Source: a virus
Taxonomy: Duplodnaviria > Heunggongvirae > Uroviricota > Caudoviricetes
Strand: one strand, 5' to 3'
Virus record (IMG/VR): IMGVR_UViG_3300035698_032497
Length of the DNA: 64,000 bases
A program made the translations under genes and the position numbers. Within the stretch, counting starts at the first letter, position 1, and every line of letters starts with the position of its first letter. Positions 45,895 through 54,187 of this stretch are shown in pieces. The notes below the pieces were generated by a model, which searched no databases, was not told where the DNA came from, and saw nothing but the letters and a program-made list of their open reading frames with translations.

Positions 45895-46599
45895 CTACTC
45901 CTCTGGTGTCGTCTTCGTGGTTTGGGTTTCGGTACCAGGGACGAGGACGGCCACCCCGGGCAGGTCCGCCATGGTGGCCTTGGCGGTCATGTCGAGCATC
46001 ATGCCCAGAATAGCCATGGTCTGGTTGAGGACCTGATCACCTTTGATGGACAGGGTGCTCTCCTCGGCGATGCCCGGCAGGCGCCGGAACCGAACGGTGA
46101 GCTCGGCGATGGCGGGCTTGTCGGAGAGGTCGAACTTCAGCGAGATGCCATTGGCGAAGCTCTCTGCGACGGAGCGGTCGATGCGATCGATTACCTTGGT
46201 GCCGTCACTGGAGAAGAGATCTTTGATGCTCACGTTCCGGCTTCCGAGCAGCAGTGAACCGAGGGTCCTGACCCCCCAGGCGGCCTCGAGGATGTACTTC
46301 AGCGCCTCGTAGTCTTCGAGCCCGCCAGGGTTGTCACGCATCCACACATGCGCCTCACTGGGCAGCTGCGTGACGGCGACATAGGGCACCGCGACGCCGA
46401 TGGTGATGATGACATAGTCGCCGTTGGTTTTGTCGATCTTGGCCTTCAGCCAGGAGCGTTCCTGGTCGAAGATTGCGGATCCGACGGTGTCGTCGAAGCT
46501 GTTCGGCATAGCCGGGACCACGGGCCGGGCAACACGGCGGCCGGGGAGCTTGGGGCTACTGAATGTGCCCTTGGGCTTTTTGTCGTCTTCTTTGCTCAT
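45895..46599 (-). CDS. hypothetical protein
   Basis: Start trimmed to MSKEDDKKPK with a GGAGAGAA RBS. Confidence 0.5.
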   Translation of the reverse strand: MSKEDDKKPKGTFSSPKLPGRRVARPVVPAMPNSFDDTVGSAIFDQERSWLKAKIDKTNGDYVIITIGVAVPYVAVTQLPSEAHVWMRDNPGGLEDYEALKYILEAAWGVRTLGSLLLGSRNVSIKDLFSSDGTKVIDRIDRSVAESFANGISLKFDLSDKPAIAELTVRFRRLPGIAEESTLSIKGDQVLNQTMAILGMMLDMTAKATMADLPGVAVLVPGTETQTTKTTPEE

Positions 46600-46645
46600 G
46601 GTTCTCTCCGGGCGGTCGATGGGTGGTTGTCGATGTCGGTTTCCC

Positions 46646-47686
46646 TTACACCTCGAACTGTTCAGCCTCATGGTAGGCACGGCGGCGGTCCCAGCCAGTG
46701 GCGATGACCATGGAGGCGTACATGACAGCGTCGCCATCGCGCACGATCTGACCGATCCATTGGTCGCTCTTGGCGGTCTGAAGCGTGAACGGGCTCAGCT
46801 GCTGGTCGGTCTCGACGGCCATCGGGATGGCGACCATGTCGCGGACCAGAGCCCGGGCGCGTTCGTCCTCTTCGGCCTCTACGCTCTCGAGCATGCGCTC
46901 GAGGTCCTCGAGGCTGTCAGCGTCGTCGAACAGGGGGACGCGCGTGGCGGGTGGATCTTGGCCAACCATGACGCTCTTGCGCTTCTGTACGGCCACGGCC
47001 TGTGCGCCGTAGCAGCTGCGGATCAGGGGCTCCCACACCGCAGTCCACCAGGCACGTGACGGGGCGCGCTCGAGTCCGACCACCACGCCGTCCAGCAGAA
47101 CGATGGCTCCGATCTGGTCTGGGACCAGCTCGAACTGGGCCACGAAGCTGTCCAGCTGCTCGGCGTAGCGCTCGAAGAACAGCTTCATGTTGCCGCGGTC
47201 GGGGATTCCGGCCTCGGTGTTGAACTGCCCGATGGAGTCCCACATGCGGCTGTAGCCATCGTAGCTGCTGCCCTTGTGGCGCTTCGAGGTGGCCGTCTCG
47301 CGCAGCCCCAGCGGAAGGATGGCGAGCCGGTGCTGCCCGATTGAGATGGTGTTGGGCTGGTTCGCCTCGATGCAGACTGCGTTGTCGAAGTGCGCTCTGC
47401 TCTTCTTGGCTACCAGGCCAGCTCCCACCATGGCGTGGTCCTGGGTCCGCTGCTTGGTCATGTAGGCAGCGTGCGCCGGGATGATCATCGGCTTGTCGCT
47501 CTTGTTCTCGGCGATGATGGTGCCATAGGTGGCGGTGCCGACGTAGGCTTCGGTGGGGACCTGGAAGCGGTCGTCTTCGAGCTCGAGATCGGTGAGGATC
47601 AGGGGCACGACCTGCATCAGGCCGACGGACTGCATGCGGCCGGCGCGGCAGCCACGCAGGGCGTCACGGGCGGTGAGGGTGTTCAT
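46646..47686 (-). CDS. hypothetical protein (same operon as the Ro60-like gene)
   Basis: 346 aa. Confidence 0.55.
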   Translation of the reverse strand: MNTLTARDALRGCRAGRMQSVGLMQVVPLILTDLELEDDRFQVPTEAYVGTATYGTIIAENKSDKPMIIPAHAAYMTKQRTQDHAMVGAGLVAKKSRAHFDNAVCIEANQPNTISIGQHRLAILPLGLRETATSKRHKGSSYDGYSRMWDSIGQFNTEAGIPDRGNMKLFFERYAEQLDSFVAQFELVPDQIGAIVLLDGVVVGLERAPSRAWWTAVWEPLIRSCYGAQAVAVQKRKSVMVGQDPPATRVPLFDDADSLEDLERMLESVEAEEDERARALVRDMVAIPMAVETDQQLSPFTLQTAKSDQWIGQIVRDGDAVMYASMVIATGWDRRRAYHEAEQFEV

Positions 47687-47695
47687 GGGTGACTC

Positions 47696-48229
47696 CTACC
47701 AGGACAGGGTGGTGCGGTGGATAATGGGGTGGGTGCTGGGATCGATGCCGAGCTCGCCGAGCACGACGATGAGGCTGTTCGTCAGCATGGTGATGTGCTG
47801 GATGGGGACGTCGTGGTTCGTGTTGTCCCAGTTGTAGTTGTTGGCGCTGGAGATCTCGAACCCGATCCACAGCTCTTCATCGTCACGCTCCGACCTGTCG
47901 CGGTGAGGGATGAAGAACATAGCGCCTTGGAAGCCGATGTCTTGATCCATCGAACACCAGTCACGGATGGCCGTCATGGGGTCCATCGGCTCGTCATGGT
48001 CGGTGTGTTCACAGGTGAGGGCTTCTGGAAGGGCGTCGATCAGGCTCTCTCTCCAGGCGCGCCTGGAGACGCTCTCGAGGCGCTTTACGTCTTCGATCCC
48101 GCAGACAGGACAGAATGCGCAGCCGGCGGCTTCGGGGTGTTCACATGGGGTGGTCTTGGTTTTTTTGATCTGGACGATGTTCTCGGGCTCAACCGGAAGC
48201 AAGATCCAGGATTGTGCGGCGTATCCCAT
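47696..48229 (-). CDS. hypothetical protein with Cys4 zinc-ribbon
   Basis: CAFCPVCG; immediately downstream of the Ro60-like gene. Confidence 0.5.
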   Translation of the reverse strand: MGYAAQSWILLPVEPENIVQIKKTKTTPCEHPEAAGCAFCPVCGIEDVKRLESVSRRAWRESLIDALPEALTCEHTDHDEPMDPMTAIRDWCSMDQDIGFQGAMFFIPHRDRSERDDEELWIGFEISSANNYNWDNTNHDVPIQHITMLTNSLIVVLGELGIDPSTHPIIHRTTLSW

Positions 48230-48232
48230 CTC

Positions 48233-49951
48233 TCAGTCCCCCAGCAGCGCTGCGGCCTTCTGCGCTACCAGCGCCAGGCCTTGGGCGGGGTCGCTCTCCA
48301 GCAGGCCGCGGACCAGGGACAGGCCCAGGGCTGTGGGATCGGAGACCGGCATGGTGGTGGCGATGCCGGGGGCGAGTGGACGTACGCCGCCCTTCTCGCC
48401 GGCCATGACGGGGTTGAACTGGAAGACGGGGGTGTCGATACCCATGCGGCGCACCGCGGCCAGCACCTCGGCCACACGCCCTGCGGGGGCGTTCTCGTAG
48501 CCGTCGGAGACGATGAACAGCACGTCTGGGGTGGCTCCTGGCGCGAGATCGGAGTCGTAGCGGAGGGCCTTGATGACGGCGGAGGCGATGGAGGTGTCTC
48601 CGGCTGGCCGGACGAGCTCGACAGGGAAGCTGTCGGCTTCCGCATCGGGTTCACCACCACAGTAGAACGTCTTGGCGCTCTCGGTGCAGGTCGCCATCAG
48701 GGTGTCGCGCATAGACAGGGCGATGGACATCGGGCGCAGCTTCTGCTCATCCGATCCGGCCATGGATTCGGAGCAGTCTACGACGATGGCCACGTGTTCG
48801 TAGCTCATGCCGAGCACGGAAGCGGCAGTGTGCGCCTTGCGGGCGATGGCCGCGGCGACGCGCTCGTCCAGCCCGACCTCGAAGGCGTGGACCCACAGCT
48901 GCACCAGGCCGAGCTTCATCGGATCGAACTCGACCTCGATGCCGGCGGACTTGGCGCGCTTCTGGACAGCACCCCGCTGACGCTGGGTCATGGAGCCGCC
49001 CTTTCCCTTGGCGTTGGTGCGGCTGGTCAGCGCGATGACGTCGTCCTTGGAGACGGTGGGGTGGTAGTGGCCCCGGATGCCCTCGAGCACCTCGGGGGGC
49101 AGCACGGTGCCCTTGGCCAAGTCGAGCCTGGCCTCGTAGAAAGCGAGGAACAGACCGGAGCGCCAGGTGTGGTGCTCCAGCTTGCGGCCGGCGATGAAGG
49201 CGAGGGCCTCGGCGAGACGGACGGGCTTGTCGATCCCGGTGTCGAGGAAGATGCCGGTGTCGACCGGATGCATTGCGCTGATGAACTGTACGAAGGCTCT
49301 CTCTCGAGGATCGCTGGGCGGGACCTGTTCCGCAGCCAGGTTGTCCAGCCAGGTCGCGGCCGAGCTGCAGATCACGCCGAACTCACGGCTCCCGAGGGCG
49401 TGCTTCAGCGCGCTCTTGATCTTGCCGCGGTACTTGACGCTCCACCAGTGCAGCTTGGTAGAGCCGATGATGGCCCCGAGGATGACCTTGCGCGTCCGCT
49501 TGTTGTTGACGCGTCGCTTGCGCAGCTCGTCGAACAGCTTGAACATGCGCTGGGGCGGCAGCTGGCTGATGAGCTTGCTGATCACCATCCACTCATCGGG
49601 GTTTACGACGTTGGTGACAGAGCTGTCGATGGGAGAGGACAGCAGGCGCAGCAGGGCCTGGCTCTTGGCGCGGTCCAGGGCCCCGGGCATGGCGGCCAGC
49701 GCGCCGTAGATGCGGCGATCGACCATGAAGGCCCGGTCGTGGACCAGGGCCTCGGCGGCATCCTGCTCTTCGCGGGTGTTGTAGGCGGTGGCGCGGCCGG
49801 TGCCGGTGCCGATGAGGTCCATCCAGGACAGGATCGCCGTGCCGGCGGCGACGGCGTTTCCGTTGGACTGGCCGGAGACCAGGGCCTGTGGTACATCGCT
49901 CAAAGGCCTGTCGAGCAGGCCCAGGGCGAGGGTCGAGATTTCGGTGTTCAT
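48233..49951 (-). CDS. rsr: TROVE/Ro60-like (Rsr-like) protein with C-terminal vWA domain
   Basis: C-terminal vWA with MIDAS DCSESM (DxSxS) in the last third, as in Ro60; alpha-helical N-terminal ~380 aa; two tRNA-like RNAs immediately upstream; start at the ATG with a GGAGGA RBS. Confidence 0.5.
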   Translation of the reverse strand: MNTEISTLALGLLDRPLSDVPQALVSGQSNGNAVAAGTAILSWMDLIGTGTGRATAYNTREEQDAAEALVHDRAFMVDRRIYGALAAMPGALDRAKSQALLRLLSSPIDSSVTNVVNPDEWMVISKLISQLPPQRMFKLFDELRKRRVNNKRTRKVILGAIIGSTKLHWWSVKYRGKIKSALKHALGSREFGVICSSAATWLDNLAAEQVPPSDPRERAFVQFISAMHPVDTGIFLDTGIDKPVRLAEALAFIAGRKLEHHTWRSGLFLAFYEARLDLAKGTVLPPEVLEGIRGHYHPTVSKDDVIALTSRTNAKGKGGSMTQRQRGAVQKRAKSAGIEVEFDPMKLGLVQLWVHAFEVGLDERVAAAIARKAHTAASVLGMSYEHVAIVVDCSESMAGSDEQKLRPMSIALSMRDTLMATCTESAKTFYCGGEPDAEADSFPVELVRPAGDTSIASAVIKALRYDSDLAPGATPDVLFIVSDGYENAPAGRVAEVLAAVRRMGIDTPVFQFNPVMAGEKGGVRPLAPGIATTMPVSDPTALGLSLVRGLLESDPAQGLALVAQKAAALLGD

Positions 49952-50039
49952 GGCGTCCTCCATCATCATGGAGGGACAGTGGGGCCGAGCTGGGGTGCCG
50001 AGGGGTCGTGAACAAAGAGCGGTTTTGACACCGCGACTT

Positions 50040-50125
50040 CCTGGGTGTGAACCAAGCGCTCTACTCTGAGCTATCTTTTCTGAAACCTCGGCCGAGCTCT
50101 CGGCCCTTGACTGTACCTCCGTTGA
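50040..50125 (-). ncRNA. degenerate tRNA-Val(CAC)-like structure inside the rsr 5' leader
   Basis: Minus-strand GGTTTCAGAAAAGA-TAGCTCAGAGTAGAGCG-CTTGG-TTCACAC-CCAGG…, followed by the GGCCGAGAGCTCGGCC hairpin. Confidence 0.3.
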
Positions 50126-50150
50126 CGCTTTCTTCTCGTGGTGTTCGTTC

Positions 50151-50186
50151 GCTACTACTGGTAGCAAGGAGAAGGGTGCACGTCAA
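50151..50186 (-). promoter_or_regulatory. class-B promoter (minus): TTGACG-17-TACCAG + hairpin GCTAC-CAGTA-GTAGC
   Basis: Minus strand reads CTCTTGACGTGCACCCTTCTCCTTGCTACCAGTAGTAGC, about 200 nt upstream of the rsr ATG. Confidence 0.5.
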
Positions 50187-50298
50187 GAGGAAAGATGGGA
50201 CGCTGCGGGGGGGGTCAAGGGATCTTCTGTGGTGCCCGGTTTCTGGATCCGGGGACCGATCCTGTGATCTTCGGAAGGGGTCAAGAGACAGGGCGGGG

Positions 50299-50417
50299 GG
50301 CCGAAGCGGTAGCTTTTGGAGACAATGCTCTACCGCTGAGCTATCTGCCCCGAGGGGCAGAACGGGGATCGAACCCGCGACCTTCGTCGTGATGTACTGG
50401 AGCTTCGGTGTAGCTCC
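50299..50417 (-). ncRNA. Y-RNA-like tRNA mimic (YrlA-type module)
   Basis: Minus strand has GACGA-AGGTC-[GCGGG TTCGATC CCCGT]-TCTGCCCC-TCGG-GGGCAGA-TA-[GCTC AGCGGTA GAGC]-A-TTGTC. Acceptor stem is capped by a tetraloop, there is no anticodon loop, and GACGA/TTGTC forms the connector stem. Confidence 0.45.
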
Positions 50418-50471
50418 TATCTCTCGAGGGGTTCACGTAGAGGGGCTGGGGTAGGGGGTCGAGGGGGTAGT

Positions 50472-50549
50472 TGGTGAGTGAAACGGGACTCGAACCCGCG
50501 ACCTCCGGTGCGTGACACCGGCGCTCGTGACCTACTGAGCTATTCATTC
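50472..50549 (-). tRNA. tRNA-Val(CAC)
   Basis: Minus strand GAATGAA-TA-GCTC…GAGC-CCGGT-GTCACGC-ACCGG-AGGTC-GCGGG-TTCGAGT-CCCGT-TTCACTC-A-CCA; one A·C mismatch in the acceptor stem. Confidence 0.6.
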
Positions 50550-50854
50550 TGAACCGTCGACAAAGTTCCCAGCACCTGCTGCGTGATCCTCCCCATGGAA
50601 GGCGATCGGAGTGGCCGGCGAGCGGGATGCTCGCCGGCCGTTGACCGGCTTCTTCCTGGGGGGGGAAGATGGTATATTCAAAGAAGAAAAGGGTAGAGGC
50701 CGGGTGTGGGAGCGTCGCTTATGGGGTTGACCATTAGCAATGAATCCTGGAGCAACGCAGCAGCTCCGACCGTCTCGCACACGAACTTACAATACTCTAC
50801 GGAGCGTGTCAACGGCATCGTCGACTTTTCTTTGATATTTCCCGATCCGTCGTT

Positions 50855-52198
50855 GTGGTCGGTTTCGGTTATGATGATGGAACGATGATCGCCACCCAGC
50901 TCATCACCTCACTCTGCTCAGCTCCTGACGGGGCACGGCGTGGGGTACTGCACGAGCTCGAGAACCTCGCCAACGTGGAGGACGTCAGGCTGACGAGCAG
51001 GCCGCTGCGAAGGGTCGATGCCCGGTTCGAGTGGCTCGAGGCCCAGTTCGGTCCCTGCGTTCGCCATGTGACCGAGGCGCTACTGATCAAGCTCGGGTAC
51101 ATGGTCTTCTCGAACGACTATCCCAAGCTGGCGCCTCTGATTCCATGGATCGGGCGAGAGATCCACAGGCTGCGGAAGAGCTTCCCAGAGGCCTGGGTCT
51201 TCCTCGATGCTGCCTGTGCACTGGACGTGGCCTGGGACGATGATGGCGGGATCTTGGCGACCGTGCTCGATGCGGTCCCTCGCTTGGTCGAGGACAACCG
51301 CACGGTGATCGACTGGTACATGGAGCTGGACCGCCGCCCGGACATCCTTCGTATGGACATGAAGGACGCCTTCGACGATGCCCATGCCTGGCATGAGCAG
51401 CTGCGGGTCAGCGCAGAGAAGGGGATGCCGCGCCCGGGCGTAGTCGTGCTCAACATGGGTCCGCTGCTCGAGAGCGGAAGAGCGGATGGATGGACCCTTC
51501 AGGAGCTGGACACCCGCAAGCGCATCGAGGTCGAGGGCAAGACCATGGGCCACTGCGTCAGCGGTCTGCACTACTGGGAGGGGGTCAGGGATGGTCGGTT
51601 CCGCATCTTCTCCTTGAGGGACCCGGCTGGCCGCCCATGGGCGACGCTGCAGGTGGGCATTACAGGAGACAGTCCGGAGATCATCCAGGTCAAGGGTCGT
51701 GGCAATGTCAATGTCGCCAACTATGAGTCCGGAAAGCTCGATGGGCTGGATGATGGCGCCACCTGCATCATGATCCGGGATCTTGCGGTCATCGCTGCGG
51801 TTTTCCTCCTGACAGGCTCCACGACGATAGGGAGCGAGGAGCTCGATCTGGTCAAGGAAGCGGGAGACATGCGGATGTCTGTCGGTCTCTTCGGTCAGCC
51901 ATGGCCGGAGCTGGATGGCGAGGACGACGAAGACGAGCACGACGAGCACACGTTCCCCCAGGTCTTGGCGTGTCCAGCGTGCGGTAACGTCAACAGCGAC
52001 GATATCAGCGCCTACGTCAACACGGGGATGAGGATCCACATCTCTGCCATGGACGGTCAGCGCAGCAGGACCGTGTCCCTCTCCGCTGGAGACGGCTACG
52101 AGTGGGGAGCTCACGAGTTGAAGCTGGAGTGTCTTCAGTGTGCGCACGAGTGGGATTTCCCGGTGGACGACATCGCGCACACCTACGATGCCTGGTAG
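50855..52198 (+). CDS. large hypothetical protein, GHC-motif paralog family, C-terminal zinc ribbon
   Basis: …DGWTLQELDTRKRIEVEGKTMGHCVSGLHYW…RIFSLRDPAGRPWATLQ…; CPACG…CLQC. Confidence 0.65.
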   Translation: MVGFGYDDGTMIATQLITSLCSAPDGARRGVLHELENLANVEDVRLTSRPLRRVDARFEWLEAQFGPCVRHVTEALLIKLGYMVFSNDYPKLAPLIPWIGREIHRLRKSFPEAWVFLDAACALDVAWDDDGGILATVLDAVPRLVEDNRTVIDWYMELDRRPDILRMDMKDAFDDAHAWHEQLRVSAEKGMPRPGVVVLNMGPLLESGRADGWTLQELDTRKRIEVEGKTMGHCVSGLHYWEGVRDGRFRIFSLRDPAGRPWATLQVGITGDSPEIIQVKGRGNVNVANYESGKLDGLDDGATCIMIRDLAVIAAVFLLTGSTTIGSEELDLVKEAGDMRMSVGLFGQPWPELDGEDDEDEHDEHTFPQVLACPACGNVNSDDISAYVNTGMRIHISAMDGQRSRTVSLSAGDGYEWGAHELKLECLQCAHEWDFPVDDIAHTYDAW

Positions 52199-52200
52199 TT

Positions 52201-52214
52201 TCTCCGCGCGGAGA
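52201..52214 (+). terminator. palindromic hairpin TCTCCGCGCGGAGA
   Basis: 3 nt after the stop of 50855..52198; no U-tract. Confidence 0.3.
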
Positions 52215-52301
52215 CATGGGGACTGGTTTCCGATAATCGCTATTGTAAGCTGGCTTTCTGGCAGAGCCTCGAGATGCACGAAAAAAAAGCCAGGATTCGA
52301 C

Positions 52302-52330
52302 TTGACCCCCTCTGCCACCCTGGGTAGAGT
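52302..52330 (+). promoter_or_regulatory. class-A-like promoter TTGACC-17-TAGAGT
   Basis: TTGACCCCCTCTGCCACCCTGGGTAGAGT; about 460 nt upstream of tRNA array 2, with no convincing ORF in between. Confidence 0.45.
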
Positions 52331-52788
52331 GCTGTCGAACGTCGCCGGTGTCACCACCGCACTCGAACAGGAACCGAACGTCATGTCCGCCTTCTTCTCC
52401 ACAGCGCCTGTGCATATGCCGCAAGCCACGACCATTCAGGTCGCGGGCCGGCTGTCCACATGCGCGAGAGAAGGAAAGCGTAATGAGGACGGTCGGCCCA
52501 CCGAGCGCCGGGGTTCCCGCATGACGTAGCATCTTCCCAGAACGTCGCAGGAACCCCGGCCCACCAGCCGGGGTTTCTTGCGTCAGGGGTCAGGCCCATA
52601 GCCTCTCGATGCTCACCTCTTTGAAACACGAATACGAATGGACGCTGCGGGAGCGGCGCCTCGTGGAATGGTCCACGGGGCGTTGTTCCCCACACAGCGT
52701 GGTGGGCGCGGAGAGACGCGCCTTGGTCGAGGTGCAGCACGAGCTCCCTCCCGGCTCTCTTTGCGCCCACCATGTCTTTGTTTTTCAT

Positions 52789-52865
52789 GTCCCCGTAGCT
52801 CAGATGGATAGAGCACCTGATTGCGGATTAGGAGGCCCCAGGTTCGAGTCCTGGCGGGGACGCCA
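52789..52865 (+). tRNA. tRNA-Arg(GCG)
   Basis: Anticodon loop TTGCGGA; acceptor GTCCCCG/CGGGGAC. Confidence 0.75.
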
Positions 52866-52873
52866 TTTTTAGA

Positions 52874-52950
52874 GCCCTGGTAGCTCAGCTGGATAGAGCG
52901 CTGGCCTTCGGCACCAGATGTTGGGGGTTCGAGTCCCTCCCAGGGCGCCA
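52874..52950 (+). tRNA. tRNA-Arg(TCG)
   Basis: Anticodon loop CTTCGGC. Confidence 0.8.
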
Positions 52951-52955
52951 TCTTC

Positions 52956-53032
52956 GTCCCCATAGCTCAGCTGGACAGAGTGCTGGTTTCCGGTACCAGA
53001 GGTTCCAGGTTCGAGTCCTGGTGGGGACGCCA
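52956..53032 (+). tRNA. tRNA-Arg(CCG)
   Basis: Anticodon loop TTCCGGT. Confidence 0.85.
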
Positions 53033-53050
53033 TCTTCTTCACCCTTTTTT

Positions 53051-53127
53051 GGGGCATTGGTCTAGCGGTCAAGGACACCGGCCTGTCACGTCGGAAGCCA
53101 CGAGTTCGAATCTCGTATGCCCCGCCA
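53051..53127 (+). tRNA. tRNA-Asp(GTC)
   Basis: Anticodon loop CTGTCAC. Confidence 0.85.
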
Positions 53128-53142
53128 TTTTGTACGTTCACC

Positions 53143-53218
53143 GGGCCTATAGCTCAACTGGGAGAGCATCGGACTCTTAATCCGAAGGTCGAAGGTTCGA
53201 TCCCTTCTGGGCCCACCA
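53143..53218 (+). tRNA. tRNA-Lys(CTT)
   Basis: Anticodon loop CTCTTAA. Confidence 0.85.
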
Positions 53219-53270
53219 CTTCTCCTCTTACGTCTCGAGCGCTTCTTCCTCTCATTGCGAAGGAGCTTAG

Positions 53271-53340
53271 TTGGGTTCGAATCCCATGGCCGGGCACCGC
53301 TGGCAACCACCCGCGACCCGGTTTGTGAGCCCTGGATAGG
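53271..53340 (+). pseudogene. tRNA-like fragment (T-arm TTGGG-TTCGAAT-CCCAT then CCTGGATAGG D-loop-like)
   Basis: T-arm remnant is followed by a D-arm-like segment; possibly another permuted or decayed tRNA. Confidence 0.2.
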
Positions 53341-53363
53341 CCTAAAGCGCTCCCCCTTTTCGT

Positions 53364-53440
53364 GCCCCAGTAGGCTAGCGGTCCAGGCCGTCGCCCTCTC
53401 ACGGCGAAGCTCGCGAGTTCGAATCTCGTCTGGGGTACCA
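53364..53440 (+). tRNA. tRNA-Glu(CTC)
   Basis: Anticodon loop CTCTCAC; acceptor GCCCCAG/CTGGGGT. Confidence 0.85.
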
Positions 53441-53656
53441 TCTCTCCCGACACGTACGGGAGGTCGCGCAGCCAGAGCGACGCCGAGGGTCGAAGCGACC
53501 GGGCCCGGTCGTGAAACGAAGGGCCTCCACCTAAAGAAGGTGGCACCCCCATCGGCGTACCCCGTGCCCTGGAGCTGAGGGCGGGGGCTGGCACCCTTTC
53601 TCCCGATAGCCGCGGACCATCGAAGGTGCTACCCTGTCCACGACAGGAGATCACCC

Positions 53657-54175
53657 ATGGCCAACAACGCCGCATCTTGGATTCTCGCCAACCGTTACAG
53701 CTGGATCGATCAGCCTGGCATCGCCAGGACCGTCGATGAGGCCTACGGTTCGGTCAGAGACATCATCGACGAGGCGTTCCTCGGCTTGATGGAAGCGCTC
53801 GATCTGGCCATCGACCGCTACAGCCCCTTCGGGATGGGCATGCATCAGCACGTCGCTGACGATGTCATCGTGATTCGTGTGCATGGCATGCCGCTGTCCG
53901 GAGTCGGAACCTTCATCGCCCAGCGCGTCGAGGACCTCGGGGACCATCTCTTCGAGATCGAAGGGGACATCGAGTACTCGAGCCCGGCTCCAGGCCAGGC
54001 CATCATTGTGATCCACTTCCCGCCAGGGACGATGGCCAAGCAGCGCGCTGAGCGCCTGATCGGCGAGGCACAGGGCTACTCGGATCAGACCATGGACGAC
54101 GAGTTCGGCTCCGCCGGACCTTGGATCTACGCTCACCGCTACGCGTGGTCGAGCGGACCGCCGCGCAACAGGTGA
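53657..54175 (+). CDS. hypothetical protein
   Basis: AGGAGA RBS. Confidence 0.5.
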   Translation: MANNAASWILANRYSWIDQPGIARTVDEAYGSVRDIIDEAFLGLMEALDLAIDRYSPFGMGMHQHVADDVIVIRVHGMPLSGVGTFIAQRVEDLGDHLFEIEGDIEYSSPAPGQAIIVIHFPPGTMAKQRAERLIGEAQGYSDQTMDDEFGSAGPWIYAHRYAWSSGPPRNR

Positions 54176-54187
54176 TCGTGAGGATCG

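Noticed and set aside
47717-50011. 764-aa plus-strand ORF antisense to the Ro60-like operon
   Set aside because: Low-complexity G/A/D/V/L-rich translation, no RBS, and it fully overlaps well-supported minus-strand genes. This is a typical high-GC antisense artefact.
51080-52435. 451-aa minus ORF opposite GHC-family gene 50855..52198
   Set aside because: Antisense artefact. The plus frame carries the conserved paralog block and a zinc ribbon.
52140-52872. Track ORFs 52140..52529 and 52609..52872 in the leader of tRNA array 2
   Set aside because: No credible RBS. The second runs into tRNA-Arg, and the first overlaps the promoter. The region is treated as non-coding leader.
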